64,000 bases of DNA from Lingula anatina. Lineage: Eukaryota > Animalia > Brachiopoda. Positions 12,401 through 27,200 of this stretch are shown piece after piece. Every line of letters begins with the position of its first letter. The first letter of the stretch is position 1. The notes under the pieces were generated by a model. The model was not told the DNA's origin, searched no databases, and saw only the letters and a list, made by a program, of their open reading frames with translations. The position numbers and the translations under genes were made by a program. The stretch is from contig CM120646.1 of NCBI GenBank assembly GCA_051362555.1, forward strand, positions 21,700,001 to 21,764,000. The letters run 5' to 3'.

Positions 12401-15027
12401 AACTTTAAATCTAGCTGTCTAATTACTAACATGACTAACATTTACCTGCACAATAATCATTGATTCCTAATTATGTGACACAGTTAAGAAAGATATACCC
12501 AGGGGACTTTAGAATGAAATCTCTTCGTGTGTTTTATGTACATGTAATCTCATTTAATGGCCACTTGAAAAATTATTAAGCAAATTACTTTATGAACGTG
12601 TGTTTTATGTAATCTCATTTAATGGCCACTTGAAAATTAATTAAGCAAATTAGTTTGTGACCCTGAATTAATATACTGCCATATACATTTATAGCACCAC
12701 AGTTCACTCTATAGAACTGCATTGCTTCCAAAACAGAAAACAATCACACTGGTTTTCCAACACAAGCTGCACTTCAGTCTTATGAAACTTTTCAGTAAAT
12801 TTGAGTATCATAAGTAACATGGTTTTCCCTTAATCGCTATCCTGGCAGCAGTGTCCAAAATACAGGTTTCTTCAACTTTCATGCAATATAACACAATACT
12901 TAACAGCATAATGACCATCAATTTTTTATAAAAAAAAAACAAAAGTATCATGGATATTCAGAAAATGTAATATGGGAAGGTCTTCAAGACCATGGAAGTT
13001 CAAAGTTCAAAATGCCAAAAAAGTAAAATGGTATTTTACTTATCGTGTTATCGGTGCTACATAAATGCTGAAAAAAGACAGCACTGTTCTGAAATGGGTT
13101 TATTACCATTTTTAAGACTTTTTAAACATAAAACAAAATAAACAGTTTACTGCCATTTTTATATGACCAACTAAGAAAATTGATGAGATGGGAAAATATC
13201 AATAAGACAGTGTTATATGTCCAATTTCCTCCATTATGAGATTCTGAACATAGTGGATGATTGAACCTGACAAACTGCAATGATATGTGTTTATTTCCAT
13301 TTTTGACACTTTATTACACAATACACGATAACAGGTTTACTATCATTTTTACAAAATCAACTAACAATGTTGTAAAGATGCAGGAAATATCAAACACTTT
13401 TACGTATCTTATTAGTTAAATAATGAGACTGTTAACATGCCTAAGAATTGAATGTGAGGAAATGTGAAAAAACAGCATAACTTCTAAAATAATGGACCGA
13501 TTATGCTGATTTTCCAACTCAACCTTCGTTTTAGTAAGATTGGCCACTCCTATGAGTATTATGACAATTGGCCTATCTGTTTTTCACTTATCATGTTATC
13601 AGTGTTGCATATATGCTGAAAAAAATGAAAAAAACAGCTTATCTTCCATAAAAGTGGTCCAATCATGCTGATTTTCAAACTCGACCTGTGTATTATGAAT
13701 ATTTATCAGTTCTGTAAGTTTCAAGCCAAAGGGTAAAACAGCTTTTCATTTATTGTGTTATCGGTGTTGCAAAAATGCTGAAAAAAAGTGAAAAAATAGC
13801 CTAAATTCAGTAAAAATGACCCAATCATGCTGATTTTCAAACTTGACCTGCGTATTATGAATATTCATCTGTTCGGTAAGTTTCAAGCCAAAAGGTAAAA
13901 TGGTTTTCCATTTATGGTGTTATCAGTGCTGTACATATGCTGAAACAAGGCAGCAAAGCTGTCAAATGTACAGACAAAAAACAGAAAATAAAGATGCAAA
14001 AAAAAGGTCATTTTGTCAATTTTGATGCAATAATAAATAATGCTTATAATAGCACTGTCAGTCAACACTGAATTTTAATCATGCACAACAGGTAACATGG
14101 TCAATAACAGGAGCGGACCCTGAGATATTTTCTGACAGTATTCCAAAGTATCTATGTTGATCCATCCTCCATTTTGATGGTCTTCCAACAGAAAACAAGG
14201 CAGCAAAGCTGTCAAATGTACAGACAAAAAACAGAAAATAAAGATATAAATAAAAAAGGTCATTTTGTCAATTTTGATGCAATAATAAATAATGCTTATA
14301 ATAGCACTGTCAGTCAACACTGAATTTTAATCATGCACAACAGGTAACATGGTCAATAACAGGAGCGGACCCTGAGATATTTTCTGACAGTATTCCAAAG
14401 TATCTATGTTGATCCATCCTCCATTTTGATGGTCTTCCAACAGAAAAAAATAGATACCAGTCAATATAAACTTAATAACCTGTCTTCCAGAAGACCCGGA
14501 AGATGGTCTCAATCCACCCCTTCAATAAGATTACAGTTTCAGGACCATGAGAGAGCAAAGTCACATGATGAAAGTCTCAATATTTGAAAAATGATGACAG
14601 TGCATAAAATAATTTTATATGATGTTTAAAGACATAAAAAACAATACAACTGCTTATGTGGAAATACAGAAAATGTGCAGAGCCTCGAGCGGATGAGAGT
14701 TATAAGTCACAAATGCATGTGTTTGAGAAAAAATTGTAAAGGAAAACATAACAAAACTAGAAAACCACCGAGAGTGCAGACCTCTGCCAAGACAGCAATT
14801 GATTATTGTTGATTATTGATTGATAATTGAGCCAGACCACCACTAAAAACTAATCATTGTCCTCTTTGGCCCAATTCTGACAGTTCCTGAAAATTTCAGC
14901 AAAATCGGTCCATAACTTTTTGAGTTATGTTGATGACAGACAAACAGGGGTGAAAATATAACCTCCTAGGCAGAGCCTGAGGTAAATATAATTTCAATGA
15001 AGCTGCTATTCAAACTTTTAATCTTTG

Positions 15028-15092
<65 letters not shown>

Positions 15093-18000
15093 ACCTGCAT
15101 AATTATCACTGCTTCCTTATTATTAATCTAGCAGAGAGCTTAACTTTTGGGAGTTTACAAGGAAATATCAACAAGTGTGCTTTATGTCATCTCCTTTAAT
15201 GGCCTATCAATTAGGCAAATGACTTTATAACTCAGAAATTAGCTAAGTGATACCCAAGGGATATTAACAGACTGACCCTCTCAAAGGTCTTTCAGGCCCA
15301 TAAGTCACATCTTAAGTAAAGCACAAAACAATAATGTACAAAATAGGAGACTACCAATTCTGATGCAATAATACAGTATGTTTTACTGCACAGTCAACAT
15401 CAAATTTTAATTATGCACAACAGGTAACAACGACGAAAGTAAAAGCATAAGGCTTCAGGCCCATCAGAGTTCAAGTTTATACTAAGAAAGTGCCAGAATG
15501 AGAAAAATGAAAATTTCACACAAAATTGCATAAATTCAATAATAAATGATAACCCAATTGACCTGGCTTTCTAATTTGAACTGCATGCCAATCCTAAAAA
15601 TCATACTTGTAAGTTAAAAATAATAATAAGTAACACAGTTTTCTTTTCATAATGTTTGCAGTAGCAATGCAAAAATATTGTTGTCAATTTTGATGTAACA
15701 TTACATAATAAACTGTAGAATAATTATCACCAATTTTTGATTATTGACAATAAAAAGCATGGACATGTAGAAAATTTGATTACCATTCGGCTTCATGTCC
15801 ATGGGAGCTCCGAGTCCCACAATGAATATGCCAAAAAGATAATGAATATTTCACTCAAATGTATAACTTCCAGAAAAAGAAGCCAATTAGACTGCTTTTC
15901 TAACTCATTCTGCATTTTAGTCCCATGTTTCTTTTTTAAAGGTTTGACAGTCATAACACGGTTTTCCCATAATGCTCATCATAGCAGCAGCACCAAAAAT
16001 TGTGTTTTCTTCTATTTTGATGCAATATTACATAATGCTTAACAGCATAATGACCATCAATTTTTAACAATAGAATATTAGTAACATGGACATTCAGAAA
16101 ACGTGACAAGCAAAGGTCTTCAGGATCATGGAACTTCAAAGTCACACCTTGAAAATGCCAATAAGTGAAAAATTAAATTTTCACCAAAAACTGTTTAACT
16201 GCCAGAAAAAATTACCAAAAAGACTGCATTGCCAACTGAAGCTGTATTTAAGACCCATGTTTCTTGCCTGTAAGTTTGAGAACAGTAATTGACATGATTT
16301 TTGCTAAATGGTCATTATAAGAGCAGTGCCCAAAATAGGGGTTTCTTCAAATTTTGATGCAATATTACATAATGTTTAACAGCATAATGACCATCAATTT
16401 TTAATAATGGAATATAAGTCACATGAACATTCAGAAAACATGACTAGCAAAGGTCTGCAGGCTCATGGAACTTCAAAGTCACACCTTGAAAATGCCAATA
16501 TGTGAAAAATTAAATTTTCACAAAAAACTGTTTAACTGCCAGAAAAAATTACCAAACAGACTGCATTGCCTACTGAAGCTGTATTTTAGCCCCATGTTTC
16601 TTTCCTGTAAGTTTGAAAACAGTAAGTGACATGGTTTTTCTTAATAGGTCATCATGGGAGCAGTGCCCAAAATAGGGGTTTCTTCAAATTTTGATGCAAT
16701 ATTACATAATGTTTAACAGCATAATGACCATCAATTTTTAATCTTAAAATATTTGTATCATGGATATTCAGAAAATGTGATTAGCAAAGGTCTGCAGGCT
16801 CATGAAACTTCAAAGTCACATCTTAAAAATGCCAAAATGTAAACAAGACAGCACTGTTCTGAAATGGGTTTATTTCCATTTTTAACATTTTTTTAACATA
16901 AAACAAAATAAACAGTTTGTTGCCATTTTTATATGACCAACTAAGAAAATTGATGAGATGGGAAAAATATCAATAAAACAGTGTTTAATGTCCAATTTCC
17001 TCCATTCTGAGATTCTGAACATAGTGGATAATTGAATCTGACAAACTGCAATGATGAGTTTATTACCATTTTTGATACTTTATTACACAATACACGATAA
17101 CAAGTTTACCATCATTTTTACAAAATCAACTAACAATGTTATAAAGATGCAGGAAATGTCAAACAAACACTTTTAATATCTTATTAATTAAATAATGAAA
17201 CTGTTAACATGCCTAAGAATTGAATCTGAGGAAATGTGAAAAAACAGCATAACTTCTCAAATAAAGGCCCGATCATGCTGATTTTCGAACTTGACCTGCG
17301 TATTATGAATATCCATCAGTTCTGTTAGTTTTAAGCCAAAAAGTAAAATGTTATTTCACTTATCGTGTTATCGGTGTTGCATATATGCTGAGAAAAGTGA
17401 AAAAACAGAGTAACTTCCCTAAAAATGACCCGATCATGCTGATTTTCGAACTTGACCTGCGTATTAGGAATATTCACCAGTTCTGTAAGTTTCAAGCCAA
17501 AAGGTAAAATGGTTTTCCACTTATCGTGTTATCGGTGCTGCAAATATGCTGAAAAAAGTGAAAAAACAGCATAAATTCCCTAAAAGTGACCCGATCATGC
17601 TGATTTTCTAACTTGACCTGCGTATTATGAATATTCATCAGTTCTGTAAGTTTCAAGCCAAAAGGTAAAATGTTTTTCCATTTATGGTGTTATCGGTGCT
17701 GTATATATGCTGAACAAGGCAGCAAAGCTGTCAAATGTACAGACAAAAAGCAGGAAATAACTATGCACAAAATAGCTACTGTCAATTCTGATGCAAAAGT
17801 ACATTATGTTAAACTGCAAATTCAACATCAAATTTTAATTATGCTCAACAGGTAATACCAATGTAAGTAAAACGTGTAACAAGCATAAGGCTTCAGGCCC
17901 ATGGGAGTTCAAGTTCACACTTTGAAAATGTATAACTTCCAGAAAAAGAAGCCAATTAGACTACTTTTCCAACCCAGGCTGTATTTTAGTCCTGCATTAC

Positions 18001-21000
18001 TTTTTTGAACATTTGGCAATCATAAGTAACATGGTTTTCCCATAATGGTCATCATGGCAGCAGCACCCATAATTGTTTTCTTCTATTCTGATGCAATATT
18101 ACATATTGGTTAACAGCATAATGACCGTCAATTTTTAATAATAAAAAATATACGTATCATGGATTTTCAGAAAATGTGACTAGCATGGGTCTTCAAGCAT
18201 GTAGAACTTCAAAGCCCCCCCCTGAAAATGCCAATATGTGAAATATGCTGAAAAGTGAAAAAAAAAGCATAACTTCTACAATAATGGCCCGATCATGCCG
18301 ATTTTCGAACTTGACTTGCATTTTATGAATATTAATCAGCTCTGTAAATATAAAGCCCAAAAGTAAAACTGCCTTCCACTTATCGTGTTTACAATGAAAT
18401 TGCAAGGCGCCGGTGACGGCGGTGACGTTGAAGACAGACGCAGGTGATGGCAATATGTAGAGACACATTTTTGACACATCTGTACATATTTACTGTACTG
18501 TTTGAGAACAGTAAGTGACATGGTTCTTCTTAAATGGTCATCATGGGAGCAGTGCCCAAAGTAGGTTTTTTTCAAATTTTGATGCAATATTACATAATGT
18601 TTAACAGCATAATGACCATCAATTTTTAATAATAAAATATTAGTATCATGGATATTCAGAAAATGTGACTAGCAAAGGTCTTCAGGCCCATGGAACTTCA
18701 AAGTCACAACTTGAAAATGCCAAAATGTAAACAAGACAGCACTATTCTGAAATGTTTTTTTTTTTTCCATTTTTAACAATTTTTAACATAAAACAAAATT
18801 AACAGCTTACTGCCATTTTTATATGATCAACTAAGAAAATTGATGAGATGGGGAAAATATCAATAGAGCAGTGTTAAATGTCCAATTTTTTCCATTCTGA
18901 GATTCTGAACATAGTGAATGATTGAATCTGACAAACTGCAATGATATGAGTTTATTTCCACTTTTGAAACTTTATTACACAATACACGATAACAAATTAA
19001 CCATCATTTTTACAAAATCAACTAACAATGTTATAAAGATGCAGGAAATGTCAAACAAACACTTTTAATATCTTATTAATTAAATAATGAAACTGTTAAC
19101 ATGCCTAAGAATTGAATCTGAGGAAATGTGTAAAAACAACATAACTTCTAAAATAATGGCCCGATTATGCTGATTTTTTAACTCAACCTGCGTTTCAGCA
19201 GGATTGACCACTCCTGTGAGTTTAATGACAATTGGCCTATCTGTTTTTCGTATATTGTGTTTACAGTGTTGCATATATGCTGAAAAGTGAAAAAAAAGCA
19301 TAACTTCTACAATAATGGCCCGATCATGCTGATTTTCGAACTTGACCTGCGTTTTATGAATATTCATCAGCTCTGTAAATATAAAGCCAAAAAGAAAAAC
19401 TGCCTTCCACTTATCGTGTTTACAATGAAAGTGCACGGCGCCGGCGATGACGGCGACGACAGACGCAGGTGATGGCAATATGTACAGACGCATCTATATA
19501 TATATTTACTGTACTGTTTGAGAACAGTTAGTGACATGGTTTTTCTTAAATGGTCATCATGGGAGCAGTGCCCAAAATAGGTTTTTTTCAAATTTTGATG
19601 CAATATTACATAATGTTTAACAGCATAATGACCATCAATTTTTAATAATAAAATATTAGTATCATGGATATTCAGAAAATGTGACTAGCAAAGGTCTTCA
19701 GGCCCATGGAACTTCAAAGTCACAACTTGAAAATGCCAAAATGTAAACAAGACAGCACTGTTCTGAAATGTTTTTTTTCCCATTTTTAACAATTTTTAAC
19801 ATAAAACAAAATTAACAGCTTACTGCCATTTTTATATGATCAACTAAGAAAATTGATGAGATGAGAAAAATATCAATAGAGCAGTGTTAAATGTCCAATT
19901 TCTTTCATTCTGAGATTCTGAACATAGTGAATGATTGAATCTGACAAACTGCAAGGATATGAGTTTATTTCCATTTTTGAAACTTTATTACACAATGCAC
20001 GATAACAAGTTTACCATCATTTTTACAAAATCAACTAACAATGTTGTAAAGATGCAGGAAATGTCAAAAAAACACTTTTACTTATCTTATTAATTAAATA
20101 ATGAAACTGTTAACATGCCTAAAAATTATAACTTTTCAAGAGCTAAAATATGCTATATTTTGGCAAAATTGCCAATAAAAGATCTGCCCCCATATCTCTA
20201 AAACTAATGATCCAAAATAAGAAAGCCAGTGGCTCACAATATCTTTTATGTTGATGGTTTACCACACCAAAAATTATTAAAATCTGCTGACCCCCACCTT
20301 GCCGCCTTCTGACTGATCTGTCTGGCTTTCTCATGGACACGCTCTTAAGTATATGCTAAGTTCAAATACGGGGGTAAACATGCATTCGAAACTAAATTCG
20401 TGTAGGCGGCCATGACAGTTTCAAGTAGCAGTGGTGGAAAACGTGCGATGAATGCACTGCAGATTTTCCAAATTTCAAGCAGCAAAGCGCATACTTTGTT
20501 GTTCTGTAGACCGTTACAAAGACGGAAAGGTTGTGCGATACTCAGGAGATACGACTGAGATGATTGGGGTCACCTCCCGATGCTAAAAGTTACATGCAGA
20601 GTGAGAGGCTAATGAGAGGGAATGTCATCATCAGAGGAAATGGAGAGTGAGCTCGACTCAGTCGTGTGTCCAGCGCATCGTCACATGCTATGGATACTTT
20701 GGGGAGCTGCAAGAACACGTCAACTACTTCTTCGAACCAAGTTATTATTGTAGGACTTTCCTTGCTCGGACCAAGCGGGAGCTTTCATGCACAGTGTATC
20801 CAAAATTTTATCAAGACGAAGCCAAGATATTCAGTTCGTTGGGCCCAGGTAATTAAAAAGTTGACATTCGTCACATCTTTATAATTAATTAACACACCGA
20901 ATTCACATACAGACAGAAGGTTGATAATGGTATGATATCTGTGTCGTTTGAATTAAATATGCATAGTAATTAGACAAGTAAAGCTAAGTCATCATCTAAA

Positions 21001-21215
21001 TACTGCTATCTCTGACCCTCAGAACCACAGCAAATTTGTTATTACGTAAAGTGAAAAGAGCTTGTGTTTGTACTGTACATGTTAGCAGTGTAAACTTTTT
21101 TGTTTGTATGAGCAACAAGTTACAGAACCCTCACAACTAAATAATACTGCTTTTGTAGATCATTGCTAGTGATTAAAAGAGTAACAATCATATCACAATT
21201 ACATAAATAATATTT

Positions 21216-21260
<45 letters not shown>

Positions 21261-24200
21261 CTAGAGGATCAGAGAGGCGATACCGCCTCCGAATATTGTA
21301 CCACCAGCTGGAGCAAGCGCATTTGTATAGACCCCCACATATACAAAATAAGGAACACAGCCACCAGTCTTGTGCTTGCCAAGCTGTAAAAATACAATCA
21401 ACAAGAATTTTCAAAATATGCAAAAAATTTATATATAACTAAAAATGGTACAAGTTAAGTTCATCGTAAGGTAGGTCAAAGGTCAATTCCAAGGTCACAG
21501 TAAATTGCCAGTATATGACTTCCTATTCAACTTCAATAGTAACTATGGGCCTATCTCTGCCAGGTTTGGAGTTAAAAGAAAAAGAAATTAGCAGAGCTCA
21601 GTTCATGATAATAAGTAGGTCAAAGGTCAATTTCAAGGTCACACTTAGATTGCCAGTATATGACTTCCTATTCACGTTCAATAGTAACTATAGACCTATG
21701 GACCTATCTCTGCCAGTTTTGGAGATAAAGGAGAAGCAAAATATGCAAAGTTCAGTTCATGGTGAAAAGTAGGTCAAAGGTCAATTTTAAGGTCACTTTC
21801 AGATTGCCAGTATATGACTTCCTATTCAACTTCAATAGAGACTATGGACCTATCTCTGCCAGTTTTGGAGATAAAAGGGAAGCAAAATTTGCAAAGTTCA
21901 GTTCATGGTGAAAAGTAGGTCAAAGGTCAATTTTAAGGTCACATTTAGATTGCCAGTATATGACTTCCTATTCAACTTCAATAGTAACTATGGACCTATC
22001 TCTGCCAGTTTTGGAGATAAAAGGGAAGCAAAATTTGCAAAGTTCAATTCATGGTGAAAAGTAGGTCAAAGGTCAATTTTAAGGTCACATGTAGATTGCC
22101 AGTATATGACTTCCTATTCAACTTCAATAGTAACTATGGACCTATCTCTGCCAGTTTTGGAGATATAAGGGACTAAATGTTATAATTTTGGAGTTACCAT
22201 AATGTGCCATAAATTTCCTACAGAAAAAATTAATTAAAATAAAGAAAAGGTCATTTTGGTCAAAATTCTTGAAATGGGAGGTGCTCTGAAGTTCCAAATG
22301 TTCAAATTTGATGAAATGATGTCATTTTTGACCACAAGTCGTCGGCTTTGCCAAGCCTTATGTTTTATTTTTCCGGAGTTCAAAATTTATTATTCATTAC
22401 CGTACTGCACATTTTGCTTTCACCACCAATATGTACTTTTTGATACAGCGTAACTCGAAAACGGTATGGAATACAAAAAAACGGAGACCACCTACGGTGT
22501 TGGGCTTTACATGCTCTACAAAATGCAAAAAAAGAATGGGTGTCTAGCATTAACGGTTCCCAAATTAGAGACAGTTTTAAGTTTCGATATCTTATGGCCG
22601 CTACTCCCGTGAAAATGCACCGATTGACCCCAAATTCACGGAGATGAAAGATGACTCAAAGGGTAACACTTTCCAATAATATTATTAGTTAAGTCTGTGT
22701 GGTATCTGAATAAGGCTGCAAATAATTTTTTTTTTCGGCAAAAATTTTGTTTTTTTGAAAATTTTGGCCTGTTTGACCTTGAAATAAAGGTCAAATCCAA
22801 GGGCATATATGAAATCTACACATATGACTTTTGGAAAGCTGTCTGTAGAAATTTTTCCCATAATTCCTTCCGTAGGGGAGATAATTAGCATTTAATTTTG
22901 CCATTTTTGGACAAGGGTGCATTGCAATGAGTGCCACACCTAGACCCCAATACCGACAAAGCCCAAATTTATGTGGAACGAGTTGAGATTATAGGTGACC
23001 TAAATCCAAGAGATGGGTATGGAGGCCCTTACCGTCTAGGAGGAGAAGCGGTAACGGTGACTTGGCGGCGGAGCCGCAGGAGCCGGCGGAACATACGTGT
23101 TGGGACTAAAACCATGTGTACCGCCAGCGCCTACACTGGTGGTACAATAAAGCTTAGTTGTAGCCTAAAATGGGGTTTCATGGTAAATTTTGTTGGTTGA
23201 AAATTAAAACCATTCAATAGATTAAAGAATAAATTTTTGTTGTTATTTTAGCTAGAAAATGTTTGGAGACTGGTTAGAAAGAGCAGCCAGGAATCAGATA
23301 TATGGCAAAGAAAATGGTGATTAATCCAAGCACCCGAAAAAGAAGTTTTGTGAAGAGGATTGACTTACTGCCCAACAGACTAAAATGTATTTTTGATGTT
23401 TATCTACTTTGAACAAGTATTTGTATCTACAGTGGAAGGACACCAATGACCTGACAGATAGCTAATGTCAGCCATGATGATCCAAGCAAGTAGCAAGGAG
23501 ATCCCCCAAAAGGAAGTAATTTATGGGAGTTTCATTAAATGATGAAAACTGACACTTTTCGATGACTTTTTTTTACAAGAGCTTTTCATACATGAATTTT
23601 TGCCCCAGAAACGTGGAATTCCGCATTTTTAAAATCATTTCAAGGTGTCCCGGACCTCTAGCCGCTTAGGTGTTGAGTCCCATGATAAATGTTTGGAGTT
23701 CTTTTTTTTTTTTTTTTTTTTTGAAACCTAGGATCATGGCTGCTTTTTTTCTGTTTCATTTTACTGAAGATATCCGTGAATGCCACCTTTAAATGGGATA
23801 AAATCTTACTGAGATATTGATATTGAATATCATATTTTTATTCCTTGGAGCAAAAGATCAGTTTGACTTATATATTTGAAAGCAGCAATATATGTTCCTG
23901 GTCCTGAGTAGTGCAAAGTAATCCATGAATTACACCATTACATAAGTTCAACTTATTTTTTCATTCTTCTCAGGAAGGGGATTCAGTTGGATAATATAGA
24001 TTTGCATTACTTTGATGTTTTTGTAGAATGAAAATCATGTGTACTTTTTTTTTTTGAAACATTCACTTAAATCTTGGGTCAAAACTTTGTTGGTGTCTTA
24101 TTCAGTTAAGGGTGACAGGAGTAGTCTTGAATGGCAGTTACAATGCCTTCCACCCATTTATTAAGTTATTGGTAATAAGTATTTTCCAGTTTGAAGATTT

Positions 24201-27200
24201 GAATTGTTTGCTACACTTCCAAATAATTTGCTTATTTATATTTAAAGATCCAATAAAGAGATGATTATGCATTATGAAACATTGTTGATTGATTAAAAGC
24301 TGTGTGTGTGATTGGTGCCCACTTGTGTCCAATAATTGTTGAAGTAGTGGATCAAAAGGAATGTTAAAGGAATACAGTTTTCTTTATATGATTAAATGTA
24401 AGAAAAATGTGGGTTGTTTGTCGTTTCATTTTCTGAATAATTAAATTTATTAGACTAAAAATATTTTTAATTAATTTTGTAAGCTATAGTATTACAGGGA
24501 ATACCATTCCCAGGTGTACAATCGAGATGGAAGCTATTGAGCAAAGGGTAAAAACTTGAGGACAAGTAGCAGGTTGAAAAGGGTTTATGGCTCTGTTCTC
24601 ACAACTTTTAGATCGATCTATCACCGCGGGGAGTCTCACTAGATTACTGTCAGATAATCCCCCTTAAGTGTCCGTCCCCGCCTACTACAAGCTTTAAGGG
24701 GTAATTAACTTTCGTGTCCGCCCGGCTGACAGCTATTTAGCGTGAACCCCCAGGGAGTTAGGTCGATCCAATGTAGGTCAATCTAATCTATGAGAATGGG
24801 GTGTAAGTCTTGACCAAAGCTACATAAATTTCGATCACAAGTCATCAAAATATGAATATGACGGTTTAAATCCCAAAGGTAGCCTCTATTATAGGGCAAT
24901 TGCCTATTCTTGTAAAGTCTATTGTTCATATTTGCCGTGATTAGAGTAATTGAGCAGGTATTACTATCCAAGACAAGAGCAACACCCATCCAAATTTTAC
25001 AATTTTCGGATATTTTAATATTAAAATATATCGCCAACAAAAGAAAAGGCCACGAGGATCTCCTTTGTACTTAATATTTTTAATGTTCCTTTACAAACCC
25101 ATACAGGTTTGACAGCCATAGGACCTCTACTAGTGGGTATATGACCCTCTGAAAATCCCCATGCGTAAACTTAGTTTTGGGGGGTGGGGTGAAAAAAGTG
25201 GGTACAGTGTGGACAAGGTGGGTTATATTTTTAGTTTGAATGTCTTGGGGGGAAGAATATTGATCAACAAAATACATCATACATGTACAAAGTAAATATA
25301 TTGCTAGATAAGAGTATAATAAGCATATATATGAGTGACGTGTATGATAACTGAAAATCTGCTTCGAAAGCTGGAAAAACAGAAAATTGGGCATAAATCC
25401 CCTGAAATACAGTTTTATGGCATAACATTTGGCAGAAGTTAAAAGGGTCCTCAGGGAAGTATTTCAGCCCAATAAGGTCAAATTCTGTGAACCCCCACCT
25501 TGCCGCACTTGTCTGGTGCTTAAAAAAACTGGCACTTAAAATGGCAGTGTTGGAGAAAAAATTAAATAGAAACAACAAAAATATAATTCTAATGAAGCTG
25601 TTATTCACTGCTTCCTTATTATGGACATTATGTTATCTAGCAGAGAGCTTAACAGGGAAATATCAACAAGTGTGCTTTATGAAATTTCAATTAATGGCTA
25701 CTTAATTAGGTAAATGAGTTTAAAGCACTGAAATTAGCCTTGTGAATACCCAAGGGGAATTAACAGACTGACCCAGTCTGCGATGTTAAGCACTAGCCCG
25801 AGGCAATTGCCCACCTAAAGTTGCAGCGGGCTAGTAAAAAAGTTGAAATTTTATAAAGCACTAGCCCGAACGGGCTAGTTGTAATTTTGAACCTATTTTA
25901 ACACTCAGTAGGATTTCAAAAATATAAGTCGCCAGTCTTCTTTGTCGTTTGACGTTTAATTTGACGTTTCTAGATAGTATGATATGCCTCTCAGTTGAAA
26001 AAAACTCACTAATTCCTTGGTGCTAGCAACAGGTTATTTATCAAAACAACACTGTCTCCGAAGCAAGTGTAATGCATGCGTTATCTCATAGAACATTTGG
26101 GTTAGGACCACTTAGCAGACTGAGGGATATTTCCTTTTTTGTTTATATTTTTTATTTATAATTTTAATATCCATGAGTAAATACATTTTCCTTTGCTTAT
26201 TACCTTTTAAAAACAATAACACCCTGGCAGTTACATAAATACCCTATGAACTATTCTTGACAATGTGGGATAGTTCGGTTTATGCCATGGCTACCCCTCC
26301 ACACTTTGTCCTGGTAAAGTCCTTGAAAAGTTGTTTTTATAAATATATAACCAAAAGAATTCTAACCAAAAAATTGTAAGACGTTTGTTAAATTACCCTT
26401 ACAGCACTTATGTATTTTAAATTAGAAGTGGCATTATATACCGATGTAATTGGAAATAAATTGTCAGAAAAGAGCCATTGTTAATAAAAAGAATAGGGAT
26501 TAAAAAAAGATTTTGATTGCATATAAAAAATGGAAAAAAGGTATTATAAAAATATGAAAAGTAAGGGTAACTATATTCAGTATTACAAATTTAAAAAAAA
26601 TTTAAATATTAAAAGAATTAAATATTTTTTTAATTAATTTTAGCACCCCATCAACTGGAAATTAACCTGATTGACTCTACTTCTATAATAAGATTTATAA
26701 GAAAGTACAGTATGGTACCACAACTCTTTACAACATCTGCTTAAACTTTTTTAATGAATTATTTAATTTGGGCTAGTGTTTTTTGGTTCGGGCTAGCAAA
26801 GTTTGGGAGTCTGCCAGCCCGAAGGGCTAGTAGTCTAAAAAGTTTTTGGCACAGACTGCTGACCACACAAATTTGTCTATCAAAGGTCTTCAGGCCCATA
26901 AGTCACACCTTAAGAAAAGCAGAAAACAATAATGCACAAAAACAGGAGACTGCCCAATTCTGATGCAATAATACATTATGTTTAACTGCACAGTCAACAT
27001 AAAATTTTAATTATGCACAACAGGTAACGCTGATGAAAGTAAAAGCATAAGGCTCCAGGCCCATCAGAGTTCAAGTTTTCAATTAGAAAGTGCCAGAATG
27101 AGAAAAATGAAAATTTCACAAAAAATGCATAAATTTAATAAAAATGATGACCCAATTGACCTGGCTTTCTAATTTGAACTGCATGCCAATCCTAAAAATC

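Noticed and set aside
21471-22170. Regularly spaced repeats superficially like a CRISPR array (also the ~160-bp units in HINE A)
   Set aside because: Whole units are repeated with no unique spacers, there are no cas genes and the context is eukaryotic; these are Helentron central tandem repeats.
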